DNA of 64,000 nucleotides from a virus. Below the pieces are notes generated by a model. That model searched no databases. It was not told the DNA's origin and was given only the letters and a program-made list of their open reading frames with translations. The stretch covers positions 1 through 64,000 of IMG/VR virus record IMGVR_UViG_3300020205_002848; one strand, 5' to 3'. The translations under genes were made by a program, and so were the position numbers. Positions 21,574 to 31,176 of the stretch are shown here, piece by piece; within the stretch, counting starts at the first letter, position 1; each line of letters starts with the position of its first letter.

Positions 21574-22054
21574 TCAAGAAGAAGTAGATAGAATTAATAA
21601 AGCAAAAGAAACCAATGATAAATTAGAGGATTTTTTTGGAGATAAAAGAAATGATTGGAATAAAAATGTTGAGCCACTTTTTAAAGTACTAGCAACAGAT
21701 TTAAGTAACCCATCTAATTCTAAAGGATTATTAGAGGCACAATCTATCGCTCTTTCATTTAGACAACAGATTAATGAACAAGTTAACTTTTTTTTAAATA
21801 AAAGAAGTAAAGAGACCGCTAAACTTAAAAAATTAAGACAAGATAAGTTTGTTTTTTATGCAACTGGATTTGGAGTTAAAACAAATTTAGGTGAAAAGGG
21901 TATCTTAATCGATGGTCACTTAGCTGAGAATGATAGAAGTATTGAACTAATCGAAAGTTATATAGAATTTCTCAGAGATACTGTTAGAAATCTTGAAAGC
22001 TTTGGATTCTCAATTAAGAATATGATTGAACTAATGAATTACTTAGGTAGATAA
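21560..22054 (+). CDS. uvsY: UvsY-like recombination mediator
   Basis: Helical 164 aa; FY..G and C-terminal EFL...V..L...GFSIKNMIE resemble the UvsY family; uvsW is also in the window. Confidence 0.6.
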   Translation: MNLYNQEEVDRINKAKETNDKLEDFFGDKRNDWNKNVEPLFKVLATDLSNPSNSKGLLEAQSIALSFRQQINEQVNFFLNKRSKETAKLKKLRQDKFVFYATGFGVKTNLGEKGILIDGHLAENDRSIELIESYIEFLRDTVRNLESFGFSIKNMIELMNYLGR

Positions 22055-22063
22055 AATAATCTA

Positions 22064-23170
22064 TTAATCTTTCGTTACCTTCTTATTCCATTTAGTCTCA
22101 ATTCCCATTGATTTTAGTTCTTGGTGACCAATTGAACACCCATCACATAAATTCCCATCATCAATTATCATACCATGGCAATCATCACATCTATCTTTAC
22201 TCCCGTAAACTGAGTGTAGTTGCCAAGATTTTTTATCCGGTAAATTTGACAGAATATCTTTAGATTTTCTTAAAAAACAAAGTGTATCAACAAATGGATA
22301 TTTTCTAAAATCACCTTTTACCTCTACCTTTATTTCACCTGAAACTTCTTTACCCTTATAAACAAATAGAACATTGGTATCAAGGTGGCTATTCATTTTC
22401 TTTTTATACATCCAATTATTTGAATCAGCAAATTCTCTAAATCTATTAATATCAGAATCCCTATTAGAATAAACTCTATCCATAAAATATTGTGACTCAC
22501 AAGGAGAAGTTTTTAACTTCCAAACAAGAGCCCTCCCATGTATCTTATCATCAGAATCAACGTAAATTAACAATTTAACACTATCATTTTCAGAATATAA
22601 TTTAAATGTAGAATTTCCTTCTTCTTTCATACAAGACCCACCCAAAGAACCATTTCTAGTATAATAATTATCCTCTTTATAATATTTAGATATATCAGAT
22701 CCACTTACCAATTTAAACTCAATACTATTTTCTGTATTTGATGACTTCCAAAGATTTACAAATGATTCTAAGTCGGAATCAGGTAAACTCATATTTCTTA
22801 GTTTGTAAAGATATTTTACAATTCTTCCAATTTTTATTTCACCTCTACCCGGCATCGAATATGGAAATTCAGGATGTTCATCCTCATCATAATCAGCAGC
22901 TAACACCTTATGATTATTTATAAATGATACCTTATCTTCTTCTGATGTAATATCAAAATAGTTTTGCTTAACATCACCACTGTTGAACCATTGCTCACTT
23001 TCAATTATATTTAATATTTGTTCAGCAATTGCACCAGATCTACCACCCTTTTTAAATATATCCTTTAATTTGAATATAAAATCAGTAGTCCCATATAAAT
23101 GGTCTTCTAATAATGAAAACATTTCAAACTTTAATTTCTCTAATAAAAAACCATCATATTTCTTTAACAT
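22064..23170 (-). CDS. Hypothetical protein (GSCM...GRALVW...MDRVY domain) with capsid-targeting-like N-terminus
   Basis: MLKKYDGFLLE start; C-terminal CxxC..CxxC. Confidence 0.7.
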   Translation of the reverse strand: MLKKYDGFLLEKLKFEMFSLLEDHLYGTTDFIFKLKDIFKKGGRSGAIAEQILNIIESEQWFNSGDVKQNYFDITSEEDKVSFINNHKVLAADYDEDEHPEFPYSMPGRGEIKIGRIVKYLYKLRNMSLPDSDLESFVNLWKSSNTENSIEFKLVSGSDISKYYKEDNYYTRNGSLGGSCMKEEGNSTFKLYSENDSVKLLIYVDSDDKIHGRALVWKLKTSPCESQYFMDRVYSNRDSDINRFREFADSNNWMYKKKMNSHLDTNVLFVYKGKEVSGEIKVEVKGDFRKYPFVDTLCFLRKSKDILSNLPDKKSWQLHSVYGSKDRCDDCHGMIIDDGNLCDGCSIGHQELKSMGIETKWNKKVTKD

Positions 23171-23196
23171 ATAAGTATATATATTATTTTTTTATT

Positions 23197-23568
23197 ATGA
23201 AATATCCTAAATTTAAATTAAACACCGATTGGACATACGAAACAGATTTTCTTGGAACCAAAACAACGAAAATTCTTTATATAAAAGACCATATTTTTGA
23301 AGCTAATGATGATGGTAAGTATGAAGTTATCAATCCAACTGGGGAAATATCCTTTTTAACCGATATTAGAAATATTAAAATAAATAATGAGTTTATATTT
23401 GATGAAGTATTAGAGGTTAAAGAATTTGAAATCCTTATTGAGGAATTACCAGATGATGATGATACACTGGTTCAAAGTTGGAGAATTCAATTAGATGTCA
23501 AGACAACCAAAAGTAAACTTAAAGAAGTTCAGAGAATTATCGAAGAACATGTGAGACCTATTTTATAG
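23197..23568 (+). CDS. Hypothetical protein
   Basis: ATG at 23197 avoids overlap with the divergent gene; the ORF track start (23113) overlaps it. Confidence 0.65.
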   Translation: MKYPKFKLNTDWTYETDFLGTKTTKILYIKDHIFEANDDGKYEVINPTGEISFLTDIRNIKINNEFIFDEVLEVKEFEILIEELPDDDDTLVQSWRIQLDVKTTKSKLKEVQRIIEEHVRPIL

Positions 23569-23569
23569 G

Positions 23570-23941
23570 TTATTTCTTCTTATTCTTTTTTGCCTTTGCT
23601 GCCTTAGCTTTAGTCCATAAATCGGCATCTGCTTTTCTAGCACCACCGGCACCGGTGATAAATGAGTTTACTCTACCAGTTGCCCAAGCTTGTTGTGGAG
23701 TCCCTGGACGATGTCCACCGTTCCAGGCCGCTGAGCCGCGCTTATAAACTTTTTTAAGAATTCCAACTGAAATTCCACTTTGTTTTGATTTCTTCTTTAT
23801 CATCTTACCAGATTTTGAATTTGGATTATCAATAGATCCAGCAGTCGCTTTTTCTAATAATAGTATATCCTCCACCAAGTAAAAATATTTTTCATAATCC
23901 AATTCATCCGAAAAGGATTCAAAAGTTAATAATTTTTCCAA
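23570..23941 (-). CDS. Basic phage protein (VYKRG.AAW..GHRPG..QQAWA.GRVNSF family)
   Basis: Recognisable motif seen in many large DNA viruses; TTG start; LLTFESFSDE N-terminus. Confidence 0.7.
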   Translation of the reverse strand: MEKLLTFESFSDELDYEKYFYLVEDILLLEKATAGSIDNPNSKSGKMIKKKSKQSGISVGILKKVYKRGSAAWNGGHRPGTPQQAWATGRVNSFITGAGGARKADADLWTKAKAAKAKKNKKK

Positions 23942-23949
23942 AATCTTTT

Positions 23950-24393
23950 TTACATTTTATTTTCACTATCTAAACCAATAGCATAATTCAATTCATCAAG
24001 AATAACATCTGTGGGTATTTCATCATCATCTTCATTATAAAACTTTCCTTCAGTTCCATACTCAGAGTAACTAACTAATGGAGTTCCTTCTTCAACTATC
24101 TCATTATATAATGAAATGATATCGTCTGAATTAGCTTCACCTGAATCTTCGAGACCAAGTTCAATTCTTACACCACTATATTGAGTTGGTATATGAATTT
24201 TACCTTCATTAAACATTTGTTTATTTTTTCCAATAGAGTCAACTATTTGTTTAACTTTATCTAAACTAAAGTCTAATTCAATAGCAATCTGTTCAATTCC
24301 TAGACCTTCTTCTAGCAATTCTTTAACATCTTCGATATCAGCGTGTGTGAAGTCTTCAAATGTATATGTCTCAAATGTTTTTAAGTATCTCAT
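23950..24393 (-). CDS. Putative internal head protein with an HTH-like segment
   Basis: MRYLKTFETY start; GLGIEQIAIELDFSLDKVKQI. Confidence 0.6.
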   Translation of the reverse strand: MRYLKTFETYTFEDFTHADIEDVKELLEEGLGIEQIAIELDFSLDKVKQIVDSIGKNKQMFNEGKIHIPTQYSGVRIELGLEDSGEANSDDIISLYNEIVEEGTPLVSYSEYGTEGKFYNEDDDEIPTDVILDELNYAIGLDSENKM

Positions 24394-24435
24394 AGTTTAT
24401 ATATTTACTTTTTAATTTAAAAATTCTTTTTTATT

Positions 24436-24750
24436 TTATAATCTAGAATTACTATCATAGAAGGTATGTAAATCTGATAAAAATTCACTAGGACCTACTA
24501 TTTCTTCCCCATCAATTTCAATTCCAAATGTTTCTAATGATTCTTTATCATCAAGATTATTTAACAGGAATTTTTCTCGACCATCACTATATTGTTCAAT
24601 AATGATATATAAATCCTCACCTTTTATATCTATATGGATATTACCATATTCAATAACACCTTTTGAATGAGCACCTACAAAAACAATTGGAGATTCTTGG
24701 TATTTACTATTTTCTTTTAACAAATTGTTAAATTTTCTAATATGTTTCAT
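24436..24750 (-). CDS. Putative internal head protein
   Basis: MKHIRKFNNLLKE start. Confidence 0.6.
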   Translation of the reverse strand: MKHIRKFNNLLKENSKYQESPIVFVGAHSKGVIEYGNIHIDIKGEDLYIIIEQYSDGREKFLLNNLDDKESLETFGIEIDGEEIVGPSEFLSDLHTFYDSNSRL

Positions 24751-24759
24751 ATTTACTTC

Positions 24760-25275
24760 TTATTTATTTCCAAACATTCTTTGGTATGCTTTTGTAGAAG
24801 CTGACTTTTTAGTCTTAATTCTTTTATTACTTCTCTTGTCGTAATCAGCTTCCCAATCTTTTTTGTATACTTTCTTACCCTTAAAAGTCTCAATCTCTTT
24901 TTTCATAGCTTTTGGCTTACGAGTTAAGTATTTTTTAGGTATTTTATTTTCAGAAATTCCTAAAATAGATTGTATGTCCTTTTCTATCAAATCTAAACCT
25001 TCGTCCATTGACTCAACATTAGTCTCGAAGTCTATTACATCTCCAGCTGTTTTACTTACGTATAAATCATCTATGTTAAATTCATATTTGATAGACAAGT
25101 CACCTGTTGAGAAACTAACAGATAAATGGTGGTCTTCTTTATTTTCCCACTCGTATATCATACTTTTATTAGATATAGAGTCAATAAGCTCTTTTAACTC
25201 TTGCATTTTAGCATCTACTAAACTATTTGAGTTATCTAAAAACTCTCTTATGAATTGGTTCCATTTTTTAATCAT
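24760..25275 (-). CDS. Putative internal head protein
   Basis: MIKKWNQFIRE start; basic C-terminus; TAATATATA 4 nt upstream. Confidence 0.65.
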   Translation of the reverse strand: MIKKWNQFIREFLDNSNSLVDAKMQELKELIDSISNKSMIYEWENKEDHHLSVSFSTGDLSIKYEFNIDDLYVSKTAGDVIDFETNVESMDEGLDLIEKDIQSILGISENKIPKKYLTRKPKAMKKEIETFKGKKVYKKDWEADYDKRSNKRIKTKKSASTKAYQRMFGNK

Positions 25276-25279
25276 GGTT

Positions 25280-25288
25280 TATATATTA
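25280..25288 (-). promoter_or_regulatory. TAATATATA putative late promoter (representative - strand copy)
   Basis: Exact reverse-complement copies upstream of - strand starts at 5085, 8156, 15636, 16709, 23178, 25280, 30519, 33836 and 41152. Confidence 0.65.
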
Positions 25289-25323
25289 AAATAGAATAAA
25301 CAAAATTGTTTTTTTTATATATC

Positions 25324-26106
25324 ATGTTTGATATGGTAAAGAAATTAAAATTTAAAATTAAATCGGATAAAATCTCTGACTTTATTGATAAGTTGGAAGA
25401 TTTGACTAAGATAGAAGATAGTATAAAACTTAAAATAGATTCTGATAATATTTTGATGTATTCTATTTTAGGTGGTAACATTATGTTAGCATTTAAAAAC
25501 TATCTTGTTGATACTAATGATTACTTTGAAGGTAATGAGTTTGATTTTACATTAGATGTTATAATTGGAAATGCTAAGAAATTCGTTAAAAATCTTAATT
25601 TCTTAAAAGAATCACCTAATGTAAGTATCGAGTTCACATATAAAGAATCACAAGATGATGATAGTATTATGAACGCTAGATCAATTCAGGTTGTTGGTGG
25701 TAAACTAAAAGTAAATTGGTTGGCCGCTGAGCATTATGAAGTTAGAGATATAAACAAAGATAGTCTTAAAAATAATCTTAATATAAAGAATAGAAAGTGG
25801 TACTTTAATATAGATAAACAAGATTTCTCAGATGTTAAAAAACTTTCTAATATAAATAGCGATAGGATTATTAATATTAGCATCGTATCTGGTAAAGTTA
25901 TATTTTCTGAGAAGTCAGCATGGGAGTTAGATATTGATGCAATAGAAGAAGAAAGAAATGAAAATCTGATATTGAATAAAAAATTCCTATCTTGTATTAA
26001 TGATGAAAAGAATATACAATTTAGTATTTTTGAAAACTTTATGTTAGTTAAAGACGATTGCTCAAATTTAATGCTCTCGTTTGAACAATCATTCGAAGAT
26101 GATTAA
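25324..26106 (+). CDS. Putative DNA polymerase sliding clamp (gp45-like)
   Basis: About 260 aa with a clamp-like alternating beta/alpha pattern; near polB; no decisive motif. Confidence 0.5.
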   Translation: MFDMVKKLKFKIKSDKISDFIDKLEDLTKIEDSIKLKIDSDNILMYSILGGNIMLAFKNYLVDTNDYFEGNEFDFTLDVIIGNAKKFVKNLNFLKESPNVSIEFTYKESQDDDSIMNARSIQVVGGKLKVNWLAAEHYEVRDINKDSLKNNLNIKNRKWYFNIDKQDFSDVKKLSNINSDRIINISIVSGKVIFSEKSAWELDIDAIEEERNENLILNKKFLSCINDEKNIQFSIFENFMLVKDDCSNLMLSFEQSFEDD

Positions 26107-26145
26107 TTAAAATAAATATAAATATAAATTAAAATATAAATTAAA

Positions 26146-26484
26146 ATGATCAAAGATAGACAAAGAGTAGTTAGATTGAGAAAAAGGTTATCATTACTTT
26201 TAATGCTCATTATAGTAATTTTATTATGGGTTAAGAATAAATATAATGATGTAGAGTATCTACAAGACCAGATGGATTATCAATCAATTGTAATTGAAGA
26301 ACAATGTAAATTAATTGATTCACTAAGTGGAATATTTGAGAATAATATAAAAAAAGATACAATTATTGCAAAAATTGAACCGGTTAAATTTAAAAAACGT
26401 AAAAATGAAGATGTTAAATTAGAACCAGTTAAAATAACAATAGATAGTATTAAAAAAGAAGAATTGGTGTCTGACACTTTATAA
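26146..26484 (+). CDS. Membrane-anchored coiled-coil protein (possible i-spanin)
   Basis: Basic N-terminus, hydrophobic LSLLLMLIIVILLWV, then a coiled-coil-like region. Confidence 0.5.
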   Translation: MIKDRQRVVRLRKRLSLLLMLIIVILLWVKNKYNDVEYLQDQMDYQSIVIEEQCKLIDSLSGIFENNIKKDTIIAKIEPVKFKKRKNEDVKLEPVKITIDSIKKEELVSDTL

Positions 26485-26485
26485 A

Positions 26486-26953
26486 ATGATAACTAAAATA
26501 TCCATATTAGGTAAAGAAAATTCTAAAAAAACTAGGTTAACTAAAGATTTAGCATGTTATTATAATACTAATTTTGTATTGGATTATAAATATCTTATTT
26601 TTGGGAGTTTTGAAAAAACTCCAGAATGTGAGGATTACCTTAAAATTTCCAATGATAGACTATCATTGGAAAATTGGCTTTTAAAGAGTTCCAATAAGAT
26701 ACTATTTTCAGATACTGATGACTTTAGTTTATATTTAGATGTTTCAAAAAAATTCCCAAAAAATAAAAAAGTAAAAGAGGAAATTCTATCAAGAGTTTTA
26801 AATAAAAAGTTTGATTATTATTTTCTAATAAATCCTACCGATGAAATAATTTCAGAAGCTAATAAATTAAAACTAAATATCGAAATATTTAAGGGAGAGT
26901 ATGATGAAATTAAAAATAAATGTATATCATTTATAAATAAGTCTATAAATTAA
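26486..26953 (+). CDS. NadR/AAA_28-like kinase domain with a degenerate P-loop
   Basis: KISILGKENSKKTRLTKDLA versus NadR-type ILGxESSGKSTL..LA; ILFSDTD. Confidence 0.55.
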   Translation: MITKISILGKENSKKTRLTKDLACYYNTNFVLDYKYLIFGSFEKTPECEDYLKISNDRLSLENWLLKSSNKILFSDTDDFSLYLDVSKKFPKNKKVKEEILSRVLNKKFDYYFLINPTDEIISEANKLKLNIEIFKGEYDEIKNKCISFINKSIN

Positions 26954-28046
26954 ATTTTTCTAAAAATTCTGATTCAATTAGATAACCTTTGGTAGAATTA
27001 ATATATCTCTTAGTTATACATAAATTCTCTATAGATCCAATCGTTATTGGATCTATAGAGAATTTAAATCCATAATACACAGATACTTTATGATCAATAG
27101 TTGGGAAAAATCTATGAGTGTGACTTTTTGATAAGTATCCTTTTATAAATTCATCATCGTAATAATCAACGCCATTCCATTTTTCATATAAAAACTTCTT
27201 GTTAGAGTTGGTAATTCTTCTAACCAACTTTTTATACTTATACCAATCACTCGTTTCGGAATCAGATATAATGGTTCCGTTAGATTCTTTAGTATATTTT
27301 ATTTTTCGTTGTATATCACCAACTTTACTAACATTATCAACTCCATATCTTTCTAGACAAGTTTCTCTACACTTTTTAATAGTTTCTGATAATTTTGATT
27401 TAAAAATGGATTTCCAATAGTCAGTCTTTGATAAATATTCATTACCATATCTTTCTAAAAATGTTATTTTTATCTTTTCAATAGTTTGTATAATTTTAGA
27501 ATCAATTGTCTTCTTAAATTGGTCAGTCTTTGAGTATGAATCAACTCCATATTTTTCCAACATAGTTTTTTTAGATTTGTCTTTAAACTCATCAGATGAC
27601 ATCCACTTTCTATTCATCTCTCTACTTTCATCAGTTTTGAAATAAGAGTCAACTCCATATTTTTCCAACATAGTTTTTTTACCCTTTTCAGAACCCTTTT
27701 GAATACCTTTCCATTTAATACTCTCTGTCAATTTAAACTCATCAGTCATTGAATATGACTTAACGCCCCATTTTTCTAAACATGTTTTCTCCTTTACATG
27801 ATTTTTACACATAAAGCAAGAATAATATCCTTTGTCACTTCTGTTTTTATTAACTAAATATTTCGAATAGGGTATATGGTTTTCGGAACTACATATTTCA
27901 CAAATAGCTGTTATTTTATTCTTTGTACCCACTGGTAAGTCATTAACATTGACGAAAATCTCATTAGATATTGTATATCCTAAATTTAAATAGTAAGATC
28001 TATTTCTCAAATTAACTTTAACCAAAACTTTATCCTCCTTAATCAT
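26943..28046 (-). mobile_element. Free-standing HNH-type homing endonuclease with repeated KKT(M/C)LE(K/R)YGV motifs
   Basis: N-terminal CEIC/CFMC zinc site, five LE(K/R)(Y/W)G repeats, C-terminal TIDHKVS...NLCIT..INSTKG; divergent from polB across a 77-bp gap. Confidence 0.75.
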
Positions 28047-28123
28047 ATAAACTATATACTTTTTATTATATATAAAATTATATAAGTCCCATTAGAGACA
28101 AATTTTAAAAAAAAACATAAAAA

Positions 28124-29589
28124 ATGACAAGAGAAGAAAAAATATTCAAGATCGAGTCTTTAAAAAAACAAGCGAGCGAGCTAAAGAAGGAAGCGGATTA
28201 CTACAACGCACTTCAGCTCGCTCTTGTTTAGCCCCCGGTATTTATTATCGGGGGCAAAAGAGACTAAAATTAGTTCTAAATGGAAGTTACGGCGCATTCG
28301 CTACATCCTACTTTATATTATATAATAACCACGTAGCTGGTACAATTACTGCACAAGGCAGGGACCTTACACAAACAATGGACAGGGTCAATGAAGACTA
28401 TTGGTATAACCAGTGGCACAACGACCATGAACTTCATTTTAAATTAGGTATTAAAGATGTAAGTGAAATATCTAAAAGTGAACCAGTTTCTATATATGCT
28501 GATACTGATTCATTATTCGTTTCTTTCAAACCAGCAATTGACCATTGTAATTGGAAAGATTTAATATTCAATAAAGAATATTTAGATTCGATTGATGAGA
28601 AGTTTATCATATTAACAAATGATGAGACAAAAACAAATAATCCTAATTGTTTAGGAATCGCATCTAACTTAGATGATTTATCTGAATTAATAAAAAATGA
28701 TTATAAAGTTTTATTATTCGATGGTAACTTTATTAAAGACAGAGGGTTGAATAAGATGATAAAAAATGGAGTATTCACATCTAGTATTGGGTGGAATTGG
28801 CCAAGTGAGCAAGACTTTATACAGGGTGTTGATCATTTTAGATTTGGTGGATACTTTAAAAAATGTTTAGAAGATTACGCATCATCTTTTGGTGTTGAAA
28901 ATAAAGAAGATTTTGAATTAGAAAGAATATCTGAATCGATTATCAATCTTGCTAAAAAGAAATATATTTGTCACATAACATATGAAGATGGCATCCCATT
29001 TGATAGACTGACTTATCTTTATCCAAAAGGTGTTGAGCTTGTTAGATCGTCTACTCCGGCATTTGCTAGAGATAAGATTGTTGGTATTGTTAAGTATCTA
29101 TTTACACACCCAGATACCTTTAATATAAAAGATTTATTAAAATTAGTTAAGGGTTTAAGGAAAGAGTTTGAGTTAGCTGATATTGATGATATCGCAATGC
29201 AGTCTTCTTGTTCTAATTATGATATTAAGGTTCTAAATGATAAATCATTACCTCTTCAATTTGTATCAGGTGCTCACTTTGCGGTTAAATCAGCAGCTCA
29301 CTATAACTATCTTTTATCAAAGAGTAAAGACCATCAACAAAAGTATGAGTTTATTAAATCAGGGACTAAGATTAAATACTTTGTATGTAAAGATAAATCG
29401 GTAACTGATATGTTTGCTTATATTAGAGGTTCTTATCCACATGAATTTGCACCACCTATTGATTATGATACACAGTTTTCCAAATCTATTTTATCACCGG
29501 TGAATTCTATTATAGAGCCATTGGGAATGCCAGAGATTACTAAAAGGTTATCAGTTGTAATGGATATATTTAGCGGTTTTTCGAAATAG
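28124..29589 (+). CDS. polB: Family-B DNA polymerase, C-terminal half (gp43B-like), interrupted by a 41-nt insert; join(28124..28225,28267..29589), about 474 aa
   Basis: ATG 28124 gives MTREEK...YYNALQLAL; after the insert comes KLVLNGSYGAF (motif B), then ITAQGR, IYADTDS (motif C), KKKY and KGVELVRSSTP. The ORF track start at 28378 lacks motif B. Confidence 0.88.
28226..28266 (+). other. 41-nt stop-containing hairpin insert (candidate ribosomal bypass gap or mini-intron)
   Basis: GTT TAG, then a GCCCCCGGTA-TTTAT-TATCGGGGGC stem; removing it restores Q-x3-K-x3-N-x2-YG. Confidence 0.8.
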
Positions 29590-30513
29590 TTAGAAGATTA
29601 TACCTTCAGGGTGTTTATTACTAAACACCTTTACTTTTCTAACAAAACTTGGATCAGTATCATCTTCAATTACATCTAGAACTGGAGAGCATATTAAATC
29701 TATTTTTGAATATTTATTATTAGTTAATGACTTTTTAGCTTCACCTTCTCTACTTTTAACCTGAACTGTATAAACTACTGAACCCCTTTTCATAATTAAG
29801 TCAATTCCATATATCATATCAATCCAATCGCCATCACCACCTTGGTATAATATTTCAAAACCTTTTGATTTAAAATATTCAGCAACAAAGTTTTCAGCTT
29901 CTTCACCGATATCACTCATTTTTCTATTAAATGAAACATATTCTCTTACATCAAAATTATCTCTTATTATCTCTTCAACATTATTTGTACTAAAAAATAC
30001 CTTTAACCAAGATTTCAAATCAGCGACATTTAATTTTTTTATTTCTTCTATTTTTCCTAGAAGTTCTAAGACATCATATAATATATCAGCTTGATCTGAA
30101 TAGTTGGTATTCAATTTATTAACAGGGTGGTATTCACCATTAGCATCTACTACTCTAACCAATTCTTTTAAATTAATTGACCAATAACCTGTTGGATATT
30201 TTTTTATATCAGGATATTTACCGGTTTCGAATAATATTTTAAGAGGTTCTTGATAGAATTTATTATAATTTTTCTTACTTGACATATCTAATAAAATATT
30301 ATCAATAATACCTCTCATATTTAAATTATAAATAAGAAATTCTTTAAGATTACTTAATTTTGAAAAAAGAATAAGATTTTTTTCCTTTTTAGGGGTTTCG
30401 ATAACTTCTTCTTTATCATCTTCTTTTTTGAAAAGTGGATCACCTTGATAAGCGTTTTCAAAACCAAATGATAACTGTCCTTCTTTTATAAATTCATTGT
30501 ATTTTTTTATCAT
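29590..30513 (-). CDS. PD-(D/E)XK nuclease-domain protein with capsid-targeting-like N-terminus
   Basis: MIKKYNEFIKE start; GEEAE..V..YF...G...GIDLIM......VQVKS. Confidence 0.65.
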   Translation of the reverse strand: MIKKYNEFIKEGQLSFGFENAYQGDPLFKKEDDKEEVIETPKKEKNLILFSKLSNLKEFLIYNLNMRGIIDNILLDMSSKKNYNKFYQEPLKILFETGKYPDIKKYPTGYWSINLKELVRVVDANGEYHPVNKLNTNYSDQADILYDVLELLGKIEEIKKLNVADLKSWLKVFFSTNNVEEIIRDNFDVREYVSFNRKMSDIGEEAENFVAEYFKSKGFEILYQGGDGDWIDMIYGIDLIMKRGSVVYTVQVKSREGEAKKSLTNNKYSKIDLICSPVLDVIEDDTDPSFVRKVKVFSNKHPEGIIF

Positions 30514-30545
30514 AATGGTATATATTAAAAAAAGATATATAATTT

Positions 30546-30776
30546 ATGAAAAATGATGAATTATATCCATTCTATTTAGTCTATCTAGATATTAGACTTA
30601 GTGGTCTAAAAATATCAAATGGTTCTTACTCTTTATTAAAAATGAGTAGAAGTTCTTTCGAAGACTTTAAATATAAATTTGAAAATGATGAACTTTTTTC
30701 AGAAAAGATTATAAAAATAAAGACTTCTGAAATAAGAGATAAAAAAATAGACGATTTATTTGATGATTTTAATTGA
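30546..30776 (+). CDS. Hypothetical protein with C-terminal IRDKKIDDLF motif
   Basis: 76-aa ORF. Confidence 0.65.
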   Translation: MKNDELYPFYLVYLDIRLSGLKISNGSYSLLKMSRSSFEDFKYKFENDELFSEKIIKIKTSEIRDKKIDDLFDDFN

Positions 30777-31155
30777 AGAGATAAAAGTTGATAATACCAA
30801 TATTAGGTTTTATGATGGAATTGACTTCAATGAAATATTGAATCATGCAAAAGATGGATCAAATGGGTTTATTTTTTGTTACATAGACAGTTGGGAAAAA
30901 GAAGTTAAATCTTATGAAAGAGATAGTAAATTAGTATCTATTTTAAATAAATCAAAGTTTAATAAATTCAAAAGTGAATACATAGATAATAATTATGTCT
31001 CGATTTACCAATTGTCAAATACAAAGGTGGAAACTTTACACCAAATAATCAAAGAAAAGGTGATAAATAACCAATTTCATGACCATCCTTGGGTTCCAAT
31101 TAGTGGATTTTCATCAGGTGGGTGGAAAATATCAAATAGTGAAGATCCTAATTAA
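30763..31155 (+). CDS. Hypothetical protein
   Basis: ATG at 30763 overlapping the upstream gene; internal ERDSKLVSIL. Confidence 0.65.
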   Translation: MILIEEIKVDNTNIRFYDGIDFNEILNHAKDGSNGFIFCYIDSWEKEVKSYERDSKLVSILNKSKFNKFKSEYIDNNYVSIYQLSNTKVETLHQIIKEKVINNQFHDHPWVPISGFSSGGWKISNSEDPN

Positions 31156-31176
31156 ATATATACTTTAGTGAGAATT

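Noticed and set aside
28231-28260. Intrinsic terminator reading of the GC hairpin
   Set aside because: On the + strand it is followed by As rather than Us. On the - strand it is followed by TAAAC, also not a U tract, and it lies inside polB.
28222-28266. Self-splicing group I/II intron or bulge-helix-bulge intron
   Set aside because: 41 and 7 nt are far too short for a ribozyme core, and I could not build a BHB with cuts that restore the protein. AGAGACTA resembles a group I P7 element but has no partner strand.
28226-28275. Matched-codon GTT-to-GTT hop, or a simple -1 frameshift, in polB
   Set aside because: The hop deletes the invariant motif-B Lys. The -1 shift inserts about 14 residues into the fingers helix and has no canonical slippery heptamer. 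Both are disfavoured, though not experimentally excluded.
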